In this document: positions 18,869 through 28,162 of the stretch, piece by piece
Position numbering within the stretch: position 1 is the first letter of the stretch
Layout of the letters: each line of letters starts with the position of its first letter
Assembly: GCA_014237915.1 (NCBI GenBank)
Contig: JABACC010000013.1
Span: 64,568 to 128,567 of the forward strand
Source of the DNA: Candidatus Paceibacter sp.
GTDB taxonomy: Bacteria > Patescibacteriota > Minisyncoccia > Phycocordibacterales > GCA-2747955
Direction of reading: 5' to 3'
Length of the DNA stretch: 64,000 nucleotides
The notes under the pieces: model-generated
Seen by the model: the letters and a program-made list of their open reading frames with translations, nothing else
What the model was told of the DNA's origin: nothing
Database searches by the model: none
Made by a program: the position numbers and the translations under genes

Positions 18869-20023
18869 TTAATCTTCATAATAAAAATAAATTTTATTAG
18901 AAATTTCATTTTCAAGAAAATCTTTAATATAGAAGTGATTTGTTCCTTCTTTGTAATCTGCATCTTTATTTTCTATTTCAAATGAGTTTTCTGGACCGGA
19001 AAGTTCAAGATCAACTCTTTCATTGTTTAAATACCCATAATAAGAATTTAAATCACTGTTAGAATCTAAATCAACATCTTCAATATAAAAAGCTGGATTA
19101 ATTTCATTAAAATCATAATATGGATTATATCTTAGCTCAATATTTTCATCTTCTTCATCGCTCTCTTCATCATCAGTAAAAAAATTTTTAATTGAGCCGC
19201 TAAAATAATCGTTAGTTTCTGTATTTTTTGCACAAGCTCTATAATAATATCTTGTATCCCTGTTTAAATCTTCCACAAAAATATGAAAATCTTCCCCATC
19301 ATCTAAAAATATTTTTTCATCTACGCTTTGTCTGTGGCCTGAGTTTGAGCAAGAAGGGCCTGAAAATCTAGAAAGTGCAAAATAAACCCAAGCGTATTCA
19401 CCTTCCTGAAGATCTCCCACCAAAATAGCTGAGTCTGAGCTCACCTCTTCAGCTCCCAAAGTATTTACTTCCATTTCCCCATCAAAATCATTTCTAAATT
19501 TATCGTCTGCATAAAAACTTTTTACGTCTCCAGAAAAAACTTCTTCTTCGTCTTCATCTTCCGCACAGGCTCTGTAATAATATTTTTCTCCATCTTCAAG
19601 ATCTTCAATTTTTAAAGAAAAAATTTCTCCAATTTCTGGATAATCTTCATCAACATCAAAAAAGCTATGTGAAGAAGAGGTACAAGAAGGATTTGAAGAA
19701 TACTTTGAAACCGCAAAATAAACCAAAAGATTTTTTTTATAAACTCCATACTGAGCTTCTAAAACCGCATCTTCTTCGGTAATATCTTCAGCTCCTAAAG
19801 TTTTAACTACGAAAAAATCTTCATCATAGTGCCTAGTTTCTAAATAATCAGCTTGCCTTCCACTTTCTTTCAGTTTTCTTTCAAGCTGTTTTTGAAGTGA
19901 TTCCAAAACTTCTTTTAAATATTCAATTTGTTGAGATTTTGGCATATAATCAAAAACTTCTGCAGAATTTGCAAATCCAAAAAACAAAAAAATTGAAATA
20001 AAAATTAAAAATATTTTTTTCAT
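18869..20023 (-). CDS. Secreted acidic protein with two tandem Fn3-like domains
   Basis: It has a signal peptide. An internal duplication of ~100 aa is each capped by an Fn3-like YYYRACA(x)N..(F/Y)FSG motif. Confidence 0.45.
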   Translation of the reverse strand: MKKIFLIFISIFLFFGFANSAEVFDYMPKSQQIEYLKEVLESLQKQLERKLKESGRQADYLETRHYDEDFFVVKTLGAEDITEEDAVLEAQYGVYKKNLLVYFAVSKYSSNPSCTSSSHSFFDVDEDYPEIGEIFSLKIEDLEDGEKYYYRACAEDEDEEEVFSGDVKSFYADDKFRNDFDGEMEVNTLGAEEVSSDSAILVGDLQEGEYAWVYFALSRFSGPSCSNSGHRQSVDEKIFLDDGEDFHIFVEDLNRDTRYYYRACAKNTETNDYFSGSIKNFFTDDEESDEEDENIELRYNPYYDFNEINPAFYIEDVDLDSNSDLNSYYGYLNNERVDLELSGPENSFEIENKDADYKEGTNHFYIKDFLENEISNKIYFYYED

Positions 20024-20085
20024 AATAAACTTTCAGTTAAAATTATATTTATTGTATCATTTTATAATAAAAAATCAAGTTTTTT

Positions 20086-21252
20086 TTAAAAAAAATTGAT
20101 AAGGTATTTAATTTTTAGGAAAATATTTTTATTTAAAATTTCCTGATTATCTGAAAAATCTTTCAAATCATTTTTTTTAAAAAACTTAATTCTGTTTTCA
20201 TCAAAAAGATTTAGGTCTCTTAAAATAAAATTTTCTTTATCATTTTCTGAATTTACAAAAACAGAAACTTTTTTAAAATCAATATTCTCACTTTCAAAAA
20301 AATCTTCTATTTTACTTTTTATTTGTTTTTCAAAAGCTTTAAAAATATGTTTAATTTTTTCTTGGGAAGAATTATTTATGGTTCCGGAAACATACATATT
20401 ATAAAGGCTTTTTGCTTCTTCTAAGTTTTTAGAAAAGCCAGAAGAAACCAATTCTCTTGCTAAAGTATTTTTTCCATGAGAAATGTTGCCGACAAAAACT
20501 ACTTTATTTTCAGAAAAATATCCAATTTCAATATCTTCTCCATAAAAATTTATAAAAACAAATTCCCCTTCTGGTTTGAAGATTAAATTTATATTTTCCA
20601 AAAAAGCTGGGGTCGAAGCTAAAGAAAATATTTTTTTTTGCATAAAATTTTTTTCTAAAATTCTTTCGAAATATTTTTTAGTTTCTTTTTCTGTTTTTGA
20701 ATTAAAAATAAAAGTTTTAATTTCTTTTATTTTTGCTGGAGGAATTTTTGAAATAGAAACTGGATAACCATTTATATTTAAATTATGAATTTTTTCGTTT
20801 AGAAAAATTTCACCTCTGTTTAAATTTTTAAATTCTTGAGATTGTAAACCTAGTTTTGCAAAATTTAAAAAATTTTTAAAAAACTTATTTGTTAAAGAAA
20901 AAGAAGAACTTTTTTCTGTTTTTATTATTTCATTTTTATAAAAAACAAATGGAGCTGAAAAAAATAAATAAATATTTTCTAAATCATCAAGAGAAAAAAA
21001 ATCTTTTGAATTTTTTTCAAGTTTCCCAATATAAGAAATAATTTCAGAAGAAATTTCATTTAATTTTTCTTCAGTTTCTTCTTTTAATTTTTCTTTATTT
21101 GGTTTATATTTTAAAAAAAGTTCTTTTTGAAAATTTTTTATAACATATGGATTTTTATTTTTTATTTCAAAAATAGCAGCACTAACTCCATTTGAACTTA
21201 TTTCAAAAATTAAATATTTTTTGTTTTCTCTGAGCGAAAAATTTTCTTTCAT
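20086..21252 (-). CDS. Hypothetical protein (388 aa)
   Basis: ORF only. A faint actin-like N-terminus (LIFEISSNGVSAAIFE) gives insufficient evidence for a call. Confidence 0.4.
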   Translation of the reverse strand: MKENFSLRENKKYLIFEISSNGVSAAIFEIKNKNPYVIKNFQKELFLKYKPNKEKLKEETEEKLNEISSEIISYIGKLEKNSKDFFSLDDLENIYLFFSAPFVFYKNEIIKTEKSSSFSLTNKFFKNFLNFAKLGLQSQEFKNLNRGEIFLNEKIHNLNINGYPVSISKIPPAKIKEIKTFIFNSKTEKETKKYFERILEKNFMQKKIFSLASTPAFLENINLIFKPEGEFVFINFYGEDIEIGYFSENKVVFVGNISHGKNTLARELVSSGFSKNLEEAKSLYNMYVSGTINNSSQEKIKHIFKAFEKQIKSKIEDFFESENIDFKKVSVFVNSENDKENFILRDLNLFDENRIKFFKKNDLKDFSDNQEILNKNIFLKIKYLINFF

Positions 21253-21284
21253 TTTTTTATTATATCAAAAAAGTAAAAAAATTT

Positions 21285-21319
21285 GTGGCAAGATTTTAGC
21301 GAAGCTAAAATCTTGCCAC
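21285..21319. terminator. Hairpin gtggcaagattttagc-gaa-gctaaaatcttgccac
   Basis: 16-bp perfect stem between 20086..21252 and map. Confidence 0.5.
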
Positions 21320-21351
21320 ATCTTTTTTACTTTTTAAAAAGCTCAGAAAAT

Positions 21352-22128
21352 TTAAATTTTAGTTAATATTTCTGGCCCGTTTTTAGTTATCAAAACAGTT
21401 TCTTCAAATTGAGAGCAAACTCCCCCGTCTTCGGTTTTAAATAAATATCCGTCTTTTTCTAATTTTATTTTCCAATCTTTTTGGCAAACAATCGGCTCAA
21501 TCGCCAAAAGCATTCCTTCTTTTAATTTTACAATTGGCACTCCTAAATTTTTTCCGTTTGGAATAAAAGGTTCTTGGTGAATGGCTCTTCCTACTCCGTG
21601 CCCTCCCAACTCTTTAACCGTGTCAAAGCCAAAAGATTTTGCTGTTTTTTCAGCTTCTTCTCCAATATTTTCTGTTATATTTCCGACAACCGCTTTTTCA
21701 ATGGCGTTTTGTGTTGCTTTTTTTGAAGCTTCTAAAATTTTTCCATATCCAAAAACATCTTTTCCAACAATCCAGCTTCTGCATAAATCGACAAATAAAT
21801 TTTTATATTCAATAACTATGTCGGCTGAAACCAAATCCCCCTCTTTTAATTTTCTTGAATTGTTTGTAGAAATTCCATGAGCCACTTCATCATTTATTGA
21901 AACGCAAACAGAAGAAGGAAAAGGAAAATCTGCCCCTCTTGGGGTGTAGCCAACTGTTGCAGGTTTTGCTCCAGCTTTTTTTATAAGTTCCAGAGTTTTC
22001 TCATCAAGCTTTGAAACTTCCATTCCAATTTGAGAAAATTTTTCAAGATCAAAAATAATTTGAGCCAGTTTTTTCCCAGCTTCTTTTAAAGTTTTTATTT
22101 CTTCCTCGTTTGTGAAAATATTTTGCAT
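21352..22128 (-). CDS. map: Methionine aminopeptidase type I
   Basis: The metal ligands D..D..H..E..E are present. The LGGHGVGRAIHQEP motif fits. Confidence 0.85.
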   Translation of the reverse strand: MQNIFTNEEEIKTLKEAGKKLAQIIFDLEKFSQIGMEVSKLDEKTLELIKKAGAKPATVGYTPRGADFPFPSSVCVSINDEVAHGISTNNSRKLKEGDLVSADIVIEYKNLFVDLCRSWIVGKDVFGYGKILEASKKATQNAIEKAVVGNITENIGEEAEKTAKSFGFDTVKELGGHGVGRAIHQEPFIPNGKNLGVPIVKLKEGMLLAIEPIVCQKDWKIKLEKDGYLFKTEDGGVCSQFEETVLITKNGPEILTKI

Positions 22129-22137
22129 AAAATATTT

Positions 22138-22737
22138 TTATAAATTTAAAGCTTCTTTAATTTTTTCAAAAATCTCTTCTTCTTTTCCTATTCCATTTAT
22201 TTTGTGGAAATTATAAAAATCAGAATTTTCTTCAAAATAATTTAAAACAGGAATTACCTCTGTTTGAAAAAATTCTAATCTATTTTTTATTTTCTCATCA
22301 GAAGAATCATCTTTTCTATTTGTTTCTCTTTTTTTAATTCTTGAAATAACTTCTTCGTCGGAAATATCTAAATAAACCACATCTGCTTTTTCAATTTTTA
22401 AAAATTTAAACATTTCGTCCATGGCTTCGGCTTCCAATATTTTCCGTGGAGAGCCATCAATAATTAAATTTTTCTCTGGGTGGTAAACTTTATGTAAAAA
22501 AGTAGACCAAACGGTGGTGGCCACAACTTCAGGAACCAAATTTCCAGATTCTTGAACTTTTTTTATCAAGCCAGCCACATATCCAGTTTCTTGCGAAATT
22601 TTTCTAAGGCCCGCTCCAATTGATAAAAAAACTAGTTCTTCATTTTTTTGGGCAAAATGATTTTTTAAAAATTTTATTTGAGTGCCTTTTCCTGAAGCTG
22701 ATTTTCCAAGAAAAATTAAATTTCTTTTTTTATTCAT
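22138..22737 (-). CDS. adk: Adenylate kinase (short, no Zn lid)
   Basis: The GKSASGKGTQ P-loop (GxxGxGKGTQ) is present. It is adjacent to map. Confidence 0.75.
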   Translation of the reverse strand: MNKKRNLIFLGKSASGKGTQIKFLKNHFAQKNEELVFLSIGAGLRKISQETGYVAGLIKKVQESGNLVPEVVATTVWSTFLHKVYHPEKNLIIDGSPRKILEAEAMDEMFKFLKIEKADVVYLDISDEEVISRIKKRETNRKDDSSDEKIKNRLEFFQTEVIPVLNYFEENSDFYNFHKINGIGKEEEIFEKIKEALNL

Positions 22738-22789
22738 ACAAAAATTATAGCATTTTATAAAAATTTTCTGAGTTAATTTTTAAAATTTT

Positions 22790-23344
22790 TTACTTTTTAT
22801 TTTTACTTATTTTTTCAGGAACGGGTAAACCTAATTCTTCAAAAGTTATTTTGTTAAAATAATATTTACATTCAACACTTATTATATAATCAAGAACATC
22901 CTTGTATTTTTCTTTTCTAAACCAATCATTAAGTATATAAACATACTCGACTTTATAATTTAATTTTAAGAATATTTTTTGATATTGCTTTTTTTTAAAA
23001 TCACAAGTTTGTAATTTTTCATCAACAGACCCTTCTACTTCTTGATACTTAACTTCCAAAATAAAAATTGTATTTTCTTTAATTACATAAATTACATCAT
23101 CTGGTAACAATTTTTTAGAAATTATTTTTCTCCAATCAATGTTTTTAGCTTCTAAGAATTTATATAATTCATGTTTCCTAAAAGAATAAGCCACTGTCTT
23201 ATTATTAAAATTTATTTTATGACCAATAGTATCTTTTTTAGTAGTATATCCTTCTTTTTTGTCTAAAAAAACTAATATATCTACTTCTTTTTCAAACTCT
23301 ATTCCTGTTACAGTATTTCCTCCCCCTATTCCATTTTTTTTCAT
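22790..23344 (-). CDS. Candidate Type II restriction endonuclease (PD-(D/E)xK)
   Basis: LPDDVIYVIKENTIFILEVKYQ fits PD-x(n)-E-x-K. It lies immediately downstream of a DNA methyltransferase in the same operon. Confidence 0.45.
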   Translation of the reverse strand: MKKNGIGGGNTVTGIEFEKEVDILVFLDKKEGYTTKKDTIGHKINFNNKTVAYSFRKHELYKFLEAKNIDWRKIISKKLLPDDVIYVIKENTIFILEVKYQEVEGSVDEKLQTCDFKKKQYQKIFLKLNYKVEYVYILNDWFRKEKYKDVLDYIISVECKYYFNKITFEELGLPVPEKISKNKK

Positions 23345-23347
23345 ATT

Positions 23348-24193
23348 TTAATTTTTAACTAAATTTTTACCCGTATAGAAACTTGAAAAAACTTTAGATG
23401 TTTTTTTATTTTTTTGCAAATCTTCAAATCTCTTTATCGATAAATCTAGAAATTCTTTTTCTTTATCTATTCCAATAAATTTTCTTCCATATAGGTTTGC
23501 AATTATCCCAGTTGTGGAACTTCCCGTAAAAGGATCTAGTACAACATCTCCTTTGTTTGTACTAGACAGGACAATTCTTTTTAATAGATTTTCCGGTTTC
23601 TGTGTCGGGTGTTTACCAAATTTTTTTTCAATAGGTTTAGGTGTTGCCATAGACCAAACTGATCTCATCTGTAAATTTGGTTTTTTAATTTGATCTTCAG
23701 GCCAATCTCCGTTTTTCATTAAATCATAATTAAAGGTATGTTTGCCTTTCTTGTCTTTTCTTGCCCACACAAGTGTTTCATGACTTGCGGTAAAAAACCT
23801 GCAACTTAAATTAGGTGAGGCGTTCGGTTTAAACCAAGATACGTCATTTAAAATATGGAATTTATTTACCTGTAGCGCAAACCCACATTGGTAAATCGAG
23901 TGATAGGTTCCGCTTATCCAAATTGTTCCGTTTGGCTTTAAAACTCTCCTGCAAGCTTCTATCCAGGAAAGGTGGAAGTTAAAGTCTTCCTTAAGCCCGG
24001 AGCTCTTATCCCAATTTCCTTTGTCTACACTAACTCTTTTTCCCGACTGAACAGAAAAACCACCATTTGAGAGATTATATGGAGGATCTGCAAAAATCAT
24101 GTCAATTGAATTTTCTGGCAAAGAACTTAAAACTTCCAAGCAGTCATTTTGATAAAGTGAAAAATTTCTTTTTTTATAATAAACTTTTTTCAT
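23348..24193 (-). CDS. DNA methyltransferase, beta class, likely N6-adenine (possibly N4-cytosine)
   Basis: Motif IV IFADPPYNL precedes motif I LDPFTGSSTTG, which is the beta-class order. Confidence 0.8.
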   Translation of the reverse strand: MKKVYYKKRNFSLYQNDCLEVLSSLPENSIDMIFADPPYNLSNGGFSVQSGKRVSVDKGNWDKSSGLKEDFNFHLSWIEACRRVLKPNGTIWISGTYHSIYQCGFALQVNKFHILNDVSWFKPNASPNLSCRFFTASHETLVWARKDKKGKHTFNYDLMKNGDWPEDQIKKPNLQMRSVWSMATPKPIEKKFGKHPTQKPENLLKRIVLSSTNKGDVVLDPFTGSSTTGIIANLYGRKFIGIDKEKEFLDLSIKRFEDLQKNKKTSKVFSSFYTGKNLVKN

Positions 24194-24294
24194 AGAAATA
24201 TTTTAGCAAAAATAATTTTTTATACCAAATCATGAATTTGTTTTGAGTGGGAAATTGCGGAGCAATTTCCCACTCGAAAAAATTTTAAAAAATA

Positions 24295-24324
24295 AAAAGT
24301 GCGCACCGAAGGTGCGCACTTTTA
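24295..24324 (-). terminator. obg terminator hairpin aaaagtgcgcaccgaaggtgcgcactttt
   Basis: It is near-identical to 58644-58673, with compensatory g/t and c/a changes in the stem. Confidence 0.5.
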
Positions 24325-24379
24325 TTTTTTAAAATTTTTTACTTTTTATTTTTTATTTTTATATTTTAAAATCTAAATT

Positions 24380-25354
24380 TTAAGAATTAACTTCATCTAA
24401 AATTTTTTTAAGTTTCTCGGAAAAAATTTTTATTTGCTCATCATCAATTACCGAAACCACAAAAACTTCTTTTGAAATTTTTAAAAATTCTTTTTTTGTT
24501 TTTTCAATTTTTTCTTCACCCGCCAAATCTGATTTAGACAAAATTATAATTTCTCTTTTTTCTAAAAGCTCTGGAGAATATTTTTCAAGCTCTTTACGAA
24601 TTTTTTTATACTCCCCCAACATATCTTCATATTCAAAAGAAACAAGATGCGCCAAAATTTTTGTTCTTTTTATATGCCTTAAAAATTTGTGCCCTAAACC
24701 TTTTCCTTCTGAGGCGCCTTCAATCAGCCCCGGAATATCAGCCAAAATATATCCGTAAAAATCTCCAAGAGCTGGCTCTAAAGTTGTAAAAGGATAATTT
24801 CCAACTTTTGATTTTGCTTTTGTAATTTCATTTAAAAGTGAAGATTTTCCAGCAGAAGGAACACCAATAAAACCTAAATCAACCAAAAGCTCAAGTTCAA
24901 TTAAAAAATTTCCTTCTTCACCAATTTTTCCATCTGTTTGCTCCATAGGAGTTGTGTTTGTGGAAGATTTAAAATGTTCGTTTCCAAAACCGCCCATTCC
25001 ACCTTTTAAAACCAAAACTTCCTCCCCTTCTTTCAAAAGTGAAAAAACATCTCCTGTTTCTAAATTTGTAATTTTTGATCCAATAGGAACTTTAATAAAA
25101 AAATCTTCACCATTTTTCCCCTCTTTTGATTCTCTTCTTCCGTCTCCTCCTTTTTCTGCAGAAAATTTTGGATTGGATTTATAATTTATTAAAATTGATA
25201 AATCTCTCACTGCTTTAAAATAAATATCTCCACCAACTCCACCGTCTCCACCCGCTGGCCCACCTTTTGGTAAAAATTTTAACCTAAGCCAAGAAACGAT
25301 TCCATTTCCTCCATTCCCTGCTTTTGCATAAATTTTAATTTCATCTACAAACAT
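24380..25354 (-). CDS. obg: GTPase Obg/CgtA
   Basis: The Obg fold with the GGxGGxGG glycine-rich N-terminus is present (MFVDEIKIYAKAGNGGNG...GGPAGGDGGVGGDIYF). G1-G4 motifs are present. Confidence 0.85.
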   Translation of the reverse strand: MFVDEIKIYAKAGNGGNGIVSWLRLKFLPKGGPAGGDGGVGGDIYFKAVRDLSILINYKSNPKFSAEKGGDGRRESKEGKNGEDFFIKVPIGSKITNLETGDVFSLLKEGEEVLVLKGGMGGFGNEHFKSSTNTTPMEQTDGKIGEEGNFLIELELLVDLGFIGVPSAGKSSLLNEITKAKSKVGNYPFTTLEPALGDFYGYILADIPGLIEGASEGKGLGHKFLRHIKRTKILAHLVSFEYEDMLGEYKKIRKELEKYSPELLEKREIIILSKSDLAGEEKIEKTKKEFLKISKEVFVVSVIDDEQIKIFSEKLKKILDEVNS

Positions 25355-25466
25355 TTAATATTTTTTATTTTTTCTATTTTAGCATTATTATTATTTTTTT
25401 ATAAAACAAAAACAGCTCCAAAGGAGCCGTTTTATTTACTAAAAATAAAATTTTTATTTTTTATTT

Positions 25467-25919
25467 TTAATGTGAATGATTTTCGTGTTTGTGTTCGTGA
25501 TTATTTTCTTCTTTTTTTCCTCTACAAAGCTTGCTATTGCAAGAAGCCATTACAACCAAAAGCCCGCCAAATATTGCGATATTTTTTAGAAGGTGTGGCA
25601 TGTTGTTTGGATTTGAAAAATCCAAGTGAAAAACCAAAGTAACCAAAAGAATAAAAATAGCAAGCCCTGCTGCTCCCCAACAAGCCATTCTGTTAAAAAT
25701 AACTTTAAGAGACATTACTACTAAAAAAATTATCACAATCCAAGTAACAATCATCTCTCCTGGAATTCCAGCTGCTGCCAACTGTTCAGCTGATTTTGCT
25801 GGATTCATTATTTTTTCAACAGCTAAAACTAGAAAAAATAATCCCATAATAACTCTTCCGATTTGAGCCCAATTAAGACCCCAACATCTGCAAACACAAG
25901 TTCCATTTTTCATTTTCAT
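25467..25919 (-). CDS. Polytopic membrane protein with a His-rich C-terminal tail (DoxX-like?)
   Basis: It has four predicted TM helices and an HEHKHENHSH tail. It looks GC-richer than its neighbours by eye. Confidence 0.4.
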   Translation of the reverse strand: MKMKNGTCVCRCWGLNWAQIGRVIMGLFFLVLAVEKIMNPAKSAEQLAAAGIPGEMIVTWIVIIFLVVMSLKVIFNRMACWGAAGLAIFILLVTLVFHLDFSNPNNMPHLLKNIAIFGGLLVVMASCNSKLCRGKKEENNHEHKHENHSH

Positions 25920-26034
25920 AATATTTTAAATTAAACTAAAACTAATAAATTACTAAATTAAAAAATATTTAGTAATTTAATAATATACCTTTTTTCTCTT
26001 TCCTACAAATCACTTATCCACTCAAATTTTTTTA

Positions 26035-26043
26035 TGTTAAAAT
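26035..26043 (+). promoter_or_regulatory. Extended -10 TGTTAAAAT 7 nt upstream of the valS ATG (leaderless-type)
   Basis: The sequence is ttTGTTAAAATtctttttATG. Confidence 0.45.
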
Positions 26044-26050
26044 TCTTTTT

Positions 26051-28162
26051 ATGAAAAAAAAATATACAGAGCCGTACAGGCCAGAAAAATATGAAGAACA
26101 AATTTATAAATCTTGGGAAGATTCTGGATTTTTTAATCCTGACAATTTACCAGATTTAAAAAATGGCCAAAAAAGAAAGGAAAATTTTTCAACAATAATG
26201 CCTCCTCCAAATGCCACAGGAAGATTACACGCAGGCCACGGAACAGATATGACCTTAAAAGATATTTTAACCAGATATCACAGAATGACTGGAAAAAAAA
26301 CTTTATTTTTACCCGGTTCTGATCACGCTGGTTTTGAAGCTCAAGAAACTTACGAGCGCAAAATTTCCAAAGAAGGAAAAAGTCGTTTTAAAATGGAAAG
26401 AGAAGAATTTTATAATGGAATTTATGATTTTGTAATGGAAAATAAAAAAAATTCTGAAAATGACATTAAAAAACTTGGAACTTCTTGCGACTGGTCTCGA
26501 AATACTTTTACCCTTGATCCGCAAATTGTTTCAAAAGTTTGTGATACTTTTATAAAAATGTATGCTGATGATTTGGTTTACAGAGGAAAAAGATGCATTC
26601 ATTGGAATCCAAAATTTCAAACTTCCCTCTCAGATATTGAAACAAAATTTGAAGATAGAAAAGATAAATTTTATTATTTTAAATATGGACCTTTTGTAAT
26701 TGGAACGGCTCGGCCAGAGACAAAATTTTCAGATAAATACATTGTCGTTCACCCAGATGACGAGCGATATAAAAAATATTCTCATATGCAAGAATTTGAA
26801 GTTGAATGGATAAATGGACCTATAAAAGCAACTTTACTAAAAGATGAAGTGGCTGACATGGAAATGGGTTCAGGAGCTATGACAATTACCCCTTGGCATT
26901 CTCAGGTTGATTTTGAGCTTGCTCAAAAATATAATCTTGAAATAGAACAAATTATAGACTGGAACGGAAAACTTTTGCCAGTTGCAGAAGAATTTGCGGG
27001 AATGAAAATTTTGGAAGCTCGAGAAAAAATTGTAGAAAAATTAGAAAAAAAAGGTCTTTTAGAAAAAATAGACGAAAATTACCAGCACAATGTGAGGCTT
27101 TGCGAGCGAACAAATGTTGTTGTTGAGCCCCAAATAAAAGATCAATGGTTTGTAAAAATGGAAGATTTTGCTAAAAAAAATCTTAAAGCTCTTGATGAAA
27201 AAAAAGTTAGAATTTTAACACCAGAGCAAGAAAAACAATTTCGTCATTGGATGGAAAACCCGATTGATTGGAATATTTCACGGCAAATTGTTTGGGGAAT
27301 TCAAATTCCAGCTTGGTTTAATGGTAGCGAAATAAAAATTCAAAAAGAAAATCCGGGAGATGGCTGGGTGCAAGACTCGGACACTTTTGATACTTGGTTT
27401 TCCTCTGGGCAGTGGCCTCTTTTAACTTTGGGTTTTCCAGACGGATCTGATATGGAATATTACCCCACGACTCTAATGGAAACTGGAAAAGATCTTGTTT
27501 TTAAATGGGTTCCAAGAATGTTGATGTTTGGGCTTTATTTAGACGGAAGAGTTCCTTTTAAAGATATTTATTTTCATGGAATGGTTTTAGATAAAAATGG
27601 AAAAAAAATGTCAAAATCAAAAGGAAATGTTCTCTCCCCTGTTGATTTGGCGGAAGAATTTGGAACAGATGCTACCCGAATGTCTTTTGTGGTAGCTAAT
27701 CCTCCCGGATCTGATATGCCACTTTCTCGAGAAAAAGTTTTGGCTTACAAAAAATTTGCAAACAAACTTTGGAATATAGCAAGATTTATTTATTCAAATA
27801 CAGAAAATTTTGATTATCAAAATTTTGATGAAAATTCTTTAGAAGATTATCAAAAAGAAAAAATTTCAGAATTGGAAAATTTCAAAAAAGAATATCAAAA
27901 AGAAATTGAAGATTATAAAATTTATTTAGTGGCTGAAAAAGTTTATCATTATATTTGGCACGAAGTGGCTGATAAAATTATTGAAGAAGTGAAAGATTCT
28001 GTTTTTTCTGATGAAAAAAATAAAAATAATCAGTTTTTACTTTTAAAAATTTTAGAAGAATCTCTAAAAATGCTTCATCCTTTTATGCCTTTTATCACGG
28101 AAGAGGTTTGGAAAGATTTTCCAAAAGAAAATAAAAATTTGTTAATGGTGGAAGAGTTTTAA
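26051..28162 (+). CDS. valS: Valine--tRNA ligase (short, lacks C-terminal coiled coil)
   Basis: It has PPPNATGRLHAGHG as the HIGH motif, GSDHAGFEAQ, DWNISRQIVWGIQIP and KMSKSKGN as the KMSKS motif. Confidence 0.8.
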   Translation: MKKKYTEPYRPEKYEEQIYKSWEDSGFFNPDNLPDLKNGQKRKENFSTIMPPPNATGRLHAGHGTDMTLKDILTRYHRMTGKKTLFLPGSDHAGFEAQETYERKISKEGKSRFKMEREEFYNGIYDFVMENKKNSENDIKKLGTSCDWSRNTFTLDPQIVSKVCDTFIKMYADDLVYRGKRCIHWNPKFQTSLSDIETKFEDRKDKFYYFKYGPFVIGTARPETKFSDKYIVVHPDDERYKKYSHMQEFEVEWINGPIKATLLKDEVADMEMGSGAMTITPWHSQVDFELAQKYNLEIEQIIDWNGKLLPVAEEFAGMKILEAREKIVEKLEKKGLLEKIDENYQHNVRLCERTNVVVEPQIKDQWFVKMEDFAKKNLKALDEKKVRILTPEQEKQFRHWMENPIDWNISRQIVWGIQIPAWFNGSEIKIQKENPGDGWVQDSDTFDTWFSSGQWPLLTLGFPDGSDMEYYPTTLMETGKDLVFKWVPRMLMFGLYLDGRVPFKDIYFHGMVLDKNGKKMSKSKGNVLSPVDLAEEFGTDATRMSFVVANPPGSDMPLSREKVLAYKKFANKLWNIARFIYSNTENFDYQNFDENSLEDYQKEKISELENFKKEYQKEIEDYKIYLVAEKVYHYIWHEVADKIIEEVKDSVFSDEKNKNNQFLLLKILEESLKMLHPFMPFITEEVWKDFPKENKNLLMVEEF

